Source: Vicinamibacteria bacterium
GTDB lineage: Bacteria; Acidobacteriota; Vicinamibacteria; Fen-336; JAGNNV01
Reading direction: 5' to 3'
DNA length: 64,000 nt
NCBI GenBank assembly: GCA_019694155.1
Contig: JAIBCN010000181.1
Location: 6,523-70,522, forward strand
The position numbers and the translations under genes are program-made. Positions 8,256 to 16,308 of the stretch are shown in pieces (the stretch's first letter is position 1; each line of letters begins with the position of its first letter). The notes below the pieces were generated by a model. The model searched no databases. It was not told the origin of the DNA and saw nothing but the letters and a program-made list of their open reading frames with translations.

Positions 8256-11200
8256 ATGCTTAGCAACTATCGACGATCGCAGATGCTGAGGGCGGCCATT
8301 CTGGCCGCGCTCGCGCTCAGCCCCGCACTACTCACGGCCCAGCCCCCGGCCGCGGCCCGGCCCGGCGCTCAAGCCGGCCCCTTCGGCGTCCTGCGCTGGC
8401 GCAGCCTCGGCCCTCTTCGCGGCGGGCGGTCGATCGCCGCGGAGGGCAGCGTGGCCAGGCCGAACGAGTACTACTTCGGCGCCACCGGCGGAGGACTTTG
8501 GAAGACCACGGACGGCGGCACCACCTGGCGCCCGGTCACCGACGGCCAGATCAATTCGTCCTCGGTGGGAGCGATCGGCATCGCTCCCAGCAATCCCGAC
8601 ATCGTCTACATCGGCATGGGTGAGACCGAGATCCGCGGCAACATCGCCCAGGGCGACGGCATCTACAAGACCACGGACGGCGGCAAGACCTGGAAGCACA
8701 TGGGGCTCGCCGACACCCTCGCGGTGGCGAAGGTCCGCGTGCATCCCAAGAACCCCGACCTCGTCTACGTGGCGGCTCTCGGGCATCCCGCCGGCCCCAA
8801 TGACGAACGCGGCGTCTTCCGGTCCAAGGACGGCGGCGCCACCTGGCAGAAGATCCTCTTCAAGGACAACAAGACCGGCGCCATCGAGCTGATCCTCGAT
8901 CCCGGCAATCCCCAGGTCGTCTACGTCGCCATGTGGGAAGCGGGGCGCACCTCGCACGGCATGACCTCCGGCGGACCGGGGAGCGGCATCTTCAAATCCA
9001 CGAACGGCGGCGACACCTGGACCGAGATCTCGCGCAACCCCGGGCTGCCCAAGGGAGTGCTCGGCAAGATCGGAATCTCCGTCTCCGGGGCCGATTCCAA
9101 CCGCGTCTACGCGCAGGTCGAAGCGGAGGACGGCGGCTTCTTCATGTCGGACGACGCCGGCGCGACCTGGAAGCTCATCAACAACCGGCGCGACCTGCGG
9201 CAGCGGGCTTTCTACTACACACGCGTCTACGCCGATCCGAAGGCGAAAGACACCGTGTACGTCCTGAACGTCGGCTTCAACAAGTCGGTGGACGCGGGCA
9301 AGACCTGGACCACCATCCGCCCGCCGCATGGCGACAATCACGACATGTGGATCGCCTCCGACGATCCGAAGCGGATGATCGAAGCCAACGACGGAGGCGC
9401 CAACGTCTCCGTGAACGGCGGGGAGACCTGGACCGATCAGGACTATCCGACCGCGCAGTTCTACCACGTGACCACCACCACCGACGTTCCGTATCACGTC
9501 TGCGGCGCCCAGCAGGACAACAGCACCGCGTGCGTGTCGAGCGAGCTGTCGGCGGGAGGATTCGGCGGCCGGGTCGCGCCCGTCTTCTACTCGGTGGGCG
9601 GCGGCGAGAGCGGCTACATCGCTTCGAATCCGAAGAACCCCGACATCTTCTACGCGGGCAGCTACGGCGGCCTCATCACGCGCTACGACCGCCGCACCGA
9701 CCAGAGCCGCGAGATCAACGCCTACCCCGACAACCCCATGGGCTACGCGTCCGCCGACATCGCGGAGCGCTTCCAGTGGACCTTCCCCATCGTGTTCTCC
9801 CCGCAGGACTCGAACGTGATCTACATCGGGTCGCAGCACCTGTGGAAGACCACCAACGAGGGCCAGAGCTGGACCAAGATCTCGCCCGACCTCACCCGCG
9901 CGGATCCCTCGACGCTCGGACCCTCGGGCGGGCCCATCACCAAGGACCACACCGGCGTCGAGACCTACGCGACCATCTTCTCGATCGCACCCTCCCCCAG
10001 GGACGCTAATGTCATCTGGACCGGTTCCGATGACGGCTACGTGCAGATCACGAAGGACGCCGGCAAGACCTGGACGAACGTGACTCCGAAGGACCTCGGC
10101 GATTTCGCGCGCATCAGCCTTGTGGAAGCCTCGCCTTATCGCGCGGGCTCGGCCTACGTGGCCGCGAACCGCTACGGCCGCGACGACTTCGCGCCCTACG
10201 TCTACCGCACCGACGACTACGGCCAGACCTGGACCAAGATCGTGAACGGCGTAGGCCCCCGCGACTTCGCGCGCGCCATCCGCGAGGACATCAAGCGCGA
10301 GAAGATGCTCTACCTCGGCACCGAGAACGGCATCTATGTCTCCTTCAACAACGGAGACACCTGGCAGTCGCTGAAACAGAACCTGCCCGTGACGCCCGTG
10401 CACGACATCGCGGTGACGGAGCGCGACCTCGTCATCGCGACCCACGGCCGCGCCTTCTACATCCTCGACAACATCGCGCCCATCCGGCAGCAGAACGACG
10501 CCGTGAAGGCCGCCGCCTTCCACCTCTACAAGCCGGAGCCCGCCCGCCGCGGACTCGACACCTCCGTCGCCTTCGACTACTCGCTCAAAGCGAACGCGCA
10601 GAGCGTGATCATCGAGGTTCAGGATGGAAAGGGCCAGACCATCAAGACCTTCACCGGCGCCCCCGAGCCCGCGGACAAGAAGCCCGAGCCGCCCCCGAGC
10701 GACGGCGAGTTCCGCCGCCCGCCCGAGCCCAAGCCCGCGGTGACCGCGGGAACGCATCGCCTCAACTGGGACATGCGCTACCCGGGCGCCACGGAGTTCC
10801 CCGGCCTCATCATGTGGGCGGCGAGCCCGCGTGGTCCGGTGGCGGCCCCCGGCAATTACACGGTCAAGCTCACCGTGGACGGGGCGTCGCAAAGCCAGCC
10901 GTTCGTGATCAAGCGCGAGGAGACACTCCTCAAGGACATCACCGACGCCGATCTTCAAGCCCAGTTCGACCTCGCCATGCAGGTTCGCAACAAGGCAAGC
11001 CAGGCGAACGACGCCATCCTGCTCATCCGCGGCATCAAGGGCCAGGTCGATGAGCGCATCAAGAAGCTCGACACCGGCAAGAAGCCTTCGGCGACTCTTC
11101 TCGCCGCTCGCTCGCTCAACGACAAGCTGTCGGCCGTGGAAGGCGAGATCTACCAGGTGAAGAACCAGAGCTCGCAGGATCCTCTGAACTTCCCGATCAA

Positions 11201-11426
11201 GCTCAACAACAAGATCGCGGCGCTCCAGGGCATCATCGAGAGCGCGGACGCCCGGCCTACCGATCAGAGCCGGGAGGTCTTCAAGATGCTGTCCGACAAG
11301 CTCGACGTTCAGTTGGGCAGGATGGACGCCGTCATCAAGACCGATCTTCCGAAGCTCGTGACCATGCTCCAGAAGCAGAAGCTCGACGCGGTCACGGTTA
11401 CGCCGCTCAAGACCGACACCAAGTAG
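8256..11426 (+). CDS. Secreted Sortilin/VPS10-like BNR (Asp-box) repeat beta-propeller protein, about 1055 aa
   Basis: Signal peptide. More than 10 Asp-box motifs (S/T-x-D-x-G-x-T-W: TTDGGTTW, TTDGGKTW, SKDGGATW, STNGGDTW, SDDAGATW, SVDAGKTW, TKDAGKTW, TDDYGQTW ...). The track ORF starts at 8202. The likely starts are M19 (8256) or M28 (8283). Confidence 0.8.
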   Translation: MLSNYRRSQMLRAAILAALALSPALLTAQPPAAARPGAQAGPFGVLRWRSLGPLRGGRSIAAEGSVARPNEYYFGATGGGLWKTTDGGTTWRPVTDGQINSSSVGAIGIAPSNPDIVYIGMGETEIRGNIAQGDGIYKTTDGGKTWKHMGLADTLAVAKVRVHPKNPDLVYVAALGHPAGPNDERGVFRSKDGGATWQKILFKDNKTGAIELILDPGNPQVVYVAMWEAGRTSHGMTSGGPGSGIFKSTNGGDTWTEISRNPGLPKGVLGKIGISVSGADSNRVYAQVEAEDGGFFMSDDAGATWKLINNRRDLRQRAFYYTRVYADPKAKDTVYVLNVGFNKSVDAGKTWTTIRPPHGDNHDMWIASDDPKRMIEANDGGANVSVNGGETWTDQDYPTAQFYHVTTTTDVPYHVCGAQQDNSTACVSSELSAGGFGGRVAPVFYSVGGGESGYIASNPKNPDIFYAGSYGGLITRYDRRTDQSREINAYPDNPMGYASADIAERFQWTFPIVFSPQDSNVIYIGSQHLWKTTNEGQSWTKISPDLTRADPSTLGPSGGPITKDHTGVETYATIFSIAPSPRDANVIWTGSDDGYVQITKDAGKTWTNVTPKDLGDFARISLVEASPYRAGSAYVAANRYGRDDFAPYVYRTDDYGQTWTKIVNGVGPRDFARAIREDIKREKMLYLGTENGIYVSFNNGDTWQSLKQNLPVTPVHDIAVTERDLVIATHGRAFYILDNIAPIRQQNDAVKAAAFHLYKPEPARRGLDTSVAFDYSLKANAQSVIIEVQDGKGQTIKTFTGAPEPADKKPEPPPSDGEFRRPPEPKPAVTAGTHRLNWDMRYPGATEFPGLIMWAASPRGPVAAPGNYTVKLTVDGASQSQPFVIKREETLLKDITDADLQAQFDLAMQVRNKASQANDAILLIRGIKGQVDERIKKLDTGKKPSATLLAARSLNDKLSAVEGEIYQVKNQSSQDPLNFPIKLNNKIAALQGIIESADARPTDQSREVFKMLSDKLDVQLGRMDAVIKTDLPKLVTMLQKQKLDAVTVTPLKTDTK

Positions 11427-11496
11427 ATAGAAACCGCGCGTCGGGGTCGGGTCTCCCCGGAGATCCGGCCCCTTCTCCGCGAGAAGGGCGACAATC

Positions 11497-12114
11497 ATGG
11501 TCTCACCCGCGGAGGGACTTGTTCGTCTCAAGGGCGGCAACCGGCGCTTTCTCGCCGGGGAGGCGAGAGCCGATTCGCTGGTCAACGAAGCGCGGCGGAG
11601 GGAGCTGGTGAACACCCAGAATCCCTTCGCCATCATTCTCGGCTGCTCCGACGCGCGGGTTCCCGCCGAGATCATCTTCGATCAGGGTCTGGGCGATCTC
11701 TTCGTCATCCGGGTGGCCGGCAACATCGTGGCTCCTTCCCAGATCGGCAGCGTGGAGTTCGCGGCCGAGCGCTTCGGCACCAAACTCGTGGTGGTCCTCG
11801 GCCACACCGGATGCGGCGCCATCTACGCGACGCTCGAGGAATTGCGGCGGCCCACCGAGGGCCACTCTCCGAACCTGCGCTCGATCGTCGACCGCGTCCG
11901 GCCCTCGGTCGAGGCTCTGTTCGAAGGCAGCGCGCCCCCGAACGACGAGGCCCTCGAGCACCGGGCGGTCCGGGCCAACATTCGCGCATCCGCGAACCAG
12001 CTCCGGCACGGTTCGCAGATCCTCGAGCGACTGATCGAGTACGAGGGCCTGCGCGTGGTGGGCGCCGAGTACAACCTGGAGACCGGCGAAGTCGACTTCT
12101 TTGAAGGGGTGTAG
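11497..12114 (+). CDS. Beta-class carbonic anhydrase
   Basis: CSDARV (CxDxR) plus HTGCGA motifs, which are the zinc ligands of beta-CA. 205 aa. Confidence 0.9.
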   Translation: MVSPAEGLVRLKGGNRRFLAGEARADSLVNEARRRELVNTQNPFAIILGCSDARVPAEIIFDQGLGDLFVIRVAGNIVAPSQIGSVEFAAERFGTKLVVVLGHTGCGAIYATLEELRRPTEGHSPNLRSIVDRVRPSVEALFEGSAPPNDEALEHRAVRANIRASANQLRHGSQILERLIEYEGLRVVGAEYNLETGEVDFFEGV

Positions 12115-12250
12115 TCCCAAAACGCCGCAAATCCTGGCGCGGAAGTCGTGGCAGCGAGGCCGTCCAACGTCGGGACGATTCGAAGGGACCCCTCGTTGAA
12201 GCCACTCGAGACTGAGCGAAGCGAAGGACCGACGCTGCCTCTCTCGCCAG

Positions 12251-12280
12251 AGCTTTTCGGGCCAAGGGCCCGAAAAAGCT
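12251..12280. terminator. Near-perfect 13-bp palindromic hairpin abutting the 3' end of tRNA-Ser (possible terminator / processing element)
   Basis: agcttttcgggcc-aag-ggcccgaaaaagct. It lies immediately 3' of the tRNA on the minus strand and about 137 nt downstream of the carbonic anhydrase gene on the plus strand. Confidence 0.4.
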
Positions 12281-12372
12281 TGGCGGAGAGAGGGGGATTC
12301 GAACCCCCGGTGCAGGAAACCCCGCACAACAGGTTAGCAACCTGGCCCGTTCAGCCACTCCGGCATCTCTCC
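12281..12372 (-). tRNA. tRNA-Ser (anticodon GCT), class II with long variable arm, encoded CCA
   Basis: The reverse complement reads GGAGAGATGCCGGAGTGGCTGAACGGGCCAGGTTGCTAACCTGTTGTGCGGGGTTTCCTGCACCGGGGGTTCGAATCCCCCTCTCTCCGCCA. It has a 7-bp acceptor stem, a GTTCGAATC T-loop, an anticodon loop TTGCTAA, and a 19-nt variable arm. Confidence 0.85.
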
Positions 12373-12416
12373 GCGATGAGTCGACTCGGCCTCTTCGGAC
12401 CGCTTAGGATGGGCTC

Positions 12417-13145
12417 TTGAAGACCGAGGAGCGTATCACGAAGCCCGGAGAAGCCGGTTCCAACCAGGCTCCGCCCCCGCCGATCCCGAGGCGCCGCTCC
12501 CGCCGCAAGACGGCGCTCGTGTCGCTCGGCCTGATCGCCGTCGTCGGCGCGCTCGCCTGGGCCTTGAACTACTGGTGGGCTCACCGGCCCACGAGCGAAG
12601 CGGAGATCGCCGCCATCGAATCGCTGATCGTCGCGGGGCGTGCCGATGAGGCCCGCGCCCTCATGGTCGACGCCCAGGTCCGCTCGAAGGACGTGGCCGC
12701 CCTGCGCCTGCGCATCGGACGCGCATTCCTGCGCGAAGGTCAGATCGGTCCGGCCACGGCTCTTCTCTCACAGGTGGAGGAGTCCCTCATCAAGGAGGAA
12801 CGGACGGCCCTGGCCGAGTACTTCCTGGTGGCCGGTGACCCCTTCTCCGCGGCGCGCTTCTACGAGGCGGCCATGAAGACCGGTATGCCGCGCACCGCCT
12901 CCCTCCTCGGGCGCTATGGCGAGGCTCTGGCGCTCTCCGCCAATCCCGAGGGCGCGGTGGCCGCCTTCCGGGAGTCGATCGTTCTCGACGATTCGAAGCC
13001 GCGAGTCCGTCTCCATCTCGCCCTCACTCTCGCGAATCTCGGGCGTCTGGCCGAGGCGAAGACCGAAGCCCTCGCCGTTCTGAAAGCCGAACCCGGGAAC
13101 GAGAAGGCCGTGGCACTGCTCCAGGCTCTGGGCGGTTCTCGATAG
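12417..13145 (+). CDS. TPR-repeat protein with N-terminal membrane anchor
   Basis: N-terminal Arg-rich segment followed by a TM (LVSLGLIAVVGALAWAL). The remainder is helical, Ala/Leu-rich, with TPR-like repeats. Confidence 0.65.
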   Translation: MKTEERITKPGEAGSNQAPPPPIPRRRSRRKTALVSLGLIAVVGALAWALNYWWAHRPTSEAEIAAIESLIVAGRADEARALMVDAQVRSKDVAALRLRIGRAFLREGQIGPATALLSQVEESLIKEERTALAEYFLVAGDPFSAARFYEAAMKTGMPRTASLLGRYGEALALSANPEGAVAAFRESIVLDDSKPRVRLHLALTLANLGRLAEAKTEALAVLKAEPGNEKAVALLQALGGSR

Positions 13146-13257
13146 CCGCTCTGCGCAAGGCCCGGAGGCCCCTCGTGGTAGCCTAGACGGAACCCCAAGG
13201 TCATGCCCCGACGGTCCACGGACCGATCAAGATTTACGACACTTTCAGGAGGTTCGA

Positions 13258-16218
13258 ATGACGTTTTCCCGCGCATTGCGCATGCTTTTGTCCCTTTCCC
13301 TGGTGGCGCTCTCTTCGCCCCTCTGGGCCCAGCAGACGGGCGCCATCAGCGGCAAGGTCACCGACACGAGCGGCGGCGTCCTTCCCGGCGTCACCGTATC
13401 GGCCCGCTCCAGCGTCCTCCCCACCCCCCGCGTCACCACCACCGACGGGTCCGGTGAGTTCCGCATGCCGGCCCTGCCCCCGGGCGAGTACAGCCTGGAG
13501 TTCACGCTCTCCGGAATGCAGACGGCGACCCGAAAGGCCATGGTTCAACTGGCTCTCGACACCCTCGTGAACGTGAAGCTCGGCCTGCAGAACGTCACCG
13601 AGAACGTCGAAGTGACAGCGAGCGTCTCTTTGGTGGATCAGAATACCGCGAGCGTCACGAGCGGCCTCTCCACCGCGCAGCTCGCCGGATTGCCCCTGGG
13701 CACGGAATACCGTGACCTCATCAAGGTCATCCCGGGCATTCAGTACTCTCAGGACACCGTGCGTGGTCCGAGCGCCGGCGGGAGCGGGCAGGACAACACC
13801 TACAACTTCGACGGCGTCAACGTCACCCTGCCCCTCTTCGGAACGCTGTCCGCGGATCCGGCGGCGCACGATATCGCCCAGGTCACCGTGATCAAGGGCG
13901 GCGCCCGCGCCGTGGATTTCGATCGCTCGGGCGGCTTCATGGTGGACTCGCTCAGCAAGTCCGGTTCTTCGGCCTGGGCCGGGCAGGTGAGCTTCCGTCT
14001 GCAGAACCACAAGATGTCCGCGGACCTCAAGAACGCCATCTCCCGCTTCGAGCAGGACAAGACGTGGACCACGGTGAACCTCGGAGGTCCCCTCCTCAAG
14101 GACCGCCTGTTCTTCTACGGCTCCTACTATCGTCCCGACAACTCCCGCGAGAATCGCGCCAACCTTTATGGTCCGCTGCCCGCCTACAGCCTCAAGCGGA
14201 ATGAAGGCTTCGGCAAGCTGACCTACACGCCGAACTCGTCGGTTCTCCTGAACGCGAGCTACCGCCAGTCGAAGAAGGTCGAGGAAAGCGATCTCTTCGC
14301 TTCGAACGCCGCGGCCACGAGCGGCTCCGGCAGCGAATCGCGACAAAAGATCTTCACCGCGGACGGCTCCTGGATCATCAATCCCAAGAGCTACGCCTCG
14401 TTCAAGTTCACCCGCTTCGAGAACCCCGGCCAGGGCCGCCCCGACATCGAGTCGGACGCGGTTCCGTCTACTACGATCGGTTCGAGGATCGATGTCTCCA
14501 ACCTCGACAAGCTCGGGCGTTTCACCGTCCCCACCCTGGTGGCGAACGGAGTCGGCAACGCCTTTGCCCAGACCCTGATCGATCGCTACGGCTATACCGC
14601 GAACGGGGTGAAGACGGGCGGCGGCATCGTCGGCTACGGGCTCTCGTTCGACCGGGATGACTTTTACCGGACCGCGGGACAAGTCGCCTACAACCTGACC
14701 TTCGGCGGCTCCGTGCGCCACGACCTGCATTTGGGGGCTCAGGCCTCCAAGGACGAAGAGGATTTCGGACGCAAGTCCAACGGCCTCGGCGCCATCACGG
14801 CGCCCGCCGGCCGTACATCCTTCAACGGGACGCCGATCTTCTATACCGTGAACTTCCTCCAGCAGGGCCAGGGCCTTCTGCCCATCATTCACTCCGAGTA
14901 TCACTCCCTGAACCTCGAGGTCAACGACACCATCCGCTACAAGGACTGGGCATTCAACCTTGGCGTGGTGGCGAGCCGGGACACCCTCTACGGACAGGGC
15001 CTCAAGAATGACGACTCCGTGCTCTCCGGTTTCACCCTGGCCCTCGGGAACAAGTACAAGCAGTACACCATCCCCTTCAGCAAGATGATCCAGCCGCGCC
15101 TCGGCGCCACCTGGAGCTACAACGGCAAGGACACCATCTATGCGAGCTTCGCGAAGTACAACCCCGCGGTGAGTTCGCTGTCCCGCGCCGCGGCCTGGGA
15201 CCGCAACTACGCCGGCGCCTCCGTGAACGTCCACTACGACCAGAACGGCGTGGCCTTCGGCGTGCAGCCTGTCGCTTCGTCTTCGGGCAAGCTCTTTGTT
15301 GAGGACATGACTCCCCGCACCATCAAGGAGTACCTGGTCGGCACGGCACGCGAGCTCAACAGGAACCTAACGGGTCGGGTCTATGGCCGCTACCGCGAAG
15401 GCTCCCACTTCTGGGAGGACACGAACAACAACGCCCGACAGGCGTTTAACCCTCCCGCTGGAGTCCCTCGGGATCTCTATATTCCGAACCTCGACGATCA
15501 GCGTCGTCAGATCGGAAACGGCACCTTGAACGGCTCGACCTACGTTATTGCCGAACTGGATGGCGCCTACACCAAGTACTGGGAGGGCACGATCGAACTG
15601 GAGTGGCACAGCGCGAAGACGCACGCGAACCTCACCTACACGCGCAGCCACTACTATGGCAACTTCGATCAGGACAACTCGACCACGGGGAACGACGCGA
15701 ACATCTTCATCGGCTCTTCGAATATCGCGGACGACGCGGGACGTCAGCTCTGGGACTTCAAGGACGGGACCCTGCGTGGCGACCGGCCCCATGTGTTCAA
15801 GCTGAACGCTTTCCGGACCCTTCCCTGGAAGGCGACCGCGGGCTTCTTCGCCCTCGCGCAGTCCGGGCAGCCGTGGGAGACCTGGAGCTACGAACCGTAC
15901 CGGGCGCTCACCACGTCTACGAGCGACACCAACCGCTACGCGGAGAAGGCGGGTTCAAGGCGCAGCGACAGCCACTACCAGCTCGACCTCAACTACACCC
16001 AGGACATTCCGCTCAAGAACAAGCTGAAACTCCAGCTGGTGGCCAATCTCTTCAACGTGTTCGACAAGCAGACGGGGTACAACATCCAGCCGAGCATCCA
16101 CGTTCCGGTGACGACGTCCACCCTGGCCGATGGCCGGCAGGTGCAGACCGGTTACGGACTGCCGCGGACCTTCTTCGATCCGCGGCGTCTCGAACTCGAA
16201 GCCCGCATCCGCTTCTAG
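13258..16218 (+). CDS. TonB-dependent receptor-like outer-membrane protein with N-terminal carboxypeptidase-regulatory-like (CarbopepD_reg) domain
   Basis: Signal peptide. Motif GKVTDTSGGVLPGVTVSA...TTDGSGEFRMPALPPGEYSL. 986 aa. C-terminal aromatic residue (…ARIRF). AGGAGG RBS 7 nt upstream of the ATG. Confidence 0.85.
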   Translation: MTFSRALRMLLSLSLVALSSPLWAQQTGAISGKVTDTSGGVLPGVTVSARSSVLPTPRVTTTDGSGEFRMPALPPGEYSLEFTLSGMQTATRKAMVQLALDTLVNVKLGLQNVTENVEVTASVSLVDQNTASVTSGLSTAQLAGLPLGTEYRDLIKVIPGIQYSQDTVRGPSAGGSGQDNTYNFDGVNVTLPLFGTLSADPAAHDIAQVTVIKGGARAVDFDRSGGFMVDSLSKSGSSAWAGQVSFRLQNHKMSADLKNAISRFEQDKTWTTVNLGGPLLKDRLFFYGSYYRPDNSRENRANLYGPLPAYSLKRNEGFGKLTYTPNSSVLLNASYRQSKKVEESDLFASNAAATSGSGSESRQKIFTADGSWIINPKSYASFKFTRFENPGQGRPDIESDAVPSTTIGSRIDVSNLDKLGRFTVPTLVANGVGNAFAQTLIDRYGYTANGVKTGGGIVGYGLSFDRDDFYRTAGQVAYNLTFGGSVRHDLHLGAQASKDEEDFGRKSNGLGAITAPAGRTSFNGTPIFYTVNFLQQGQGLLPIIHSEYHSLNLEVNDTIRYKDWAFNLGVVASRDTLYGQGLKNDDSVLSGFTLALGNKYKQYTIPFSKMIQPRLGATWSYNGKDTIYASFAKYNPAVSSLSRAAAWDRNYAGASVNVHYDQNGVAFGVQPVASSSGKLFVEDMTPRTIKEYLVGTARELNRNLTGRVYGRYREGSHFWEDTNNNARQAFNPPAGVPRDLYIPNLDDQRRQIGNGTLNGSTYVIAELDGAYTKYWEGTIELEWHSAKTHANLTYTRSHYYGNFDQDNSTTGNDANIFIGSSNIADDAGRQLWDFKDGTLRGDRPHVFKLNAFRTLPWKATAGFFALAQSGQPWETWSYEPYRALTTSTSDTNRYAEKAGSRRSDSHYQLDLNYTQDIPLKNKLKLQLVANLFNVFDKQTGYNIQPSIHVPVTTSTLADGRQVQTGYGLPRTFFDPRRLELEARIRF

Positions 16219-16250
16219 GCGAAGCAGCCGGGTGATTCCCGGCCGAGGCC

Positions 16251-16308
16251 CGGCGCCCCCCTTTTGGGGGCAAGCGCCGGGCCTTCTTTTTTCGGGGGGG
16301 GAAGGCCC
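16251..16308. terminator. Bidirectional terminator region between convergent genes
   Basis: Two GC-rich hairpins: cggcgcccccc-tttt-gggggcaagcgccg, and gggccttc-ttttttcggggggg-gaaggccc. T-runs follow on the plus strand. The 3' arm of the second hairpin abuts the minus-strand stop at 16308. Confidence 0.5.

Noticed and set aside
11427-11496. Hairpin cccttctc-cgc-gagaaggg just upstream of the carbonic anhydrase ATG as a riboswitch
   Set aside because: Too short and simple. It is more likely a weak terminator for the Sortilin gene or an RBS-proximal structure, and it has no conserved riboswitch features.
8328-11675. 1115-aa ORF antisense to the Sortilin-like gene
   Set aside because: Gly/Arg/Ala/Val-rich low-complexity translation that is typical of reading a 70% GC gene backwards. 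The sense strand has clear repeated Asp-box motifs and a signal peptide.
12148-12420. 90-aa ORF containing GGFEPP
   Set aside because: It is the tRNA-Ser gene and its flanking palindrome translated. It has no RBS and no coding signal.
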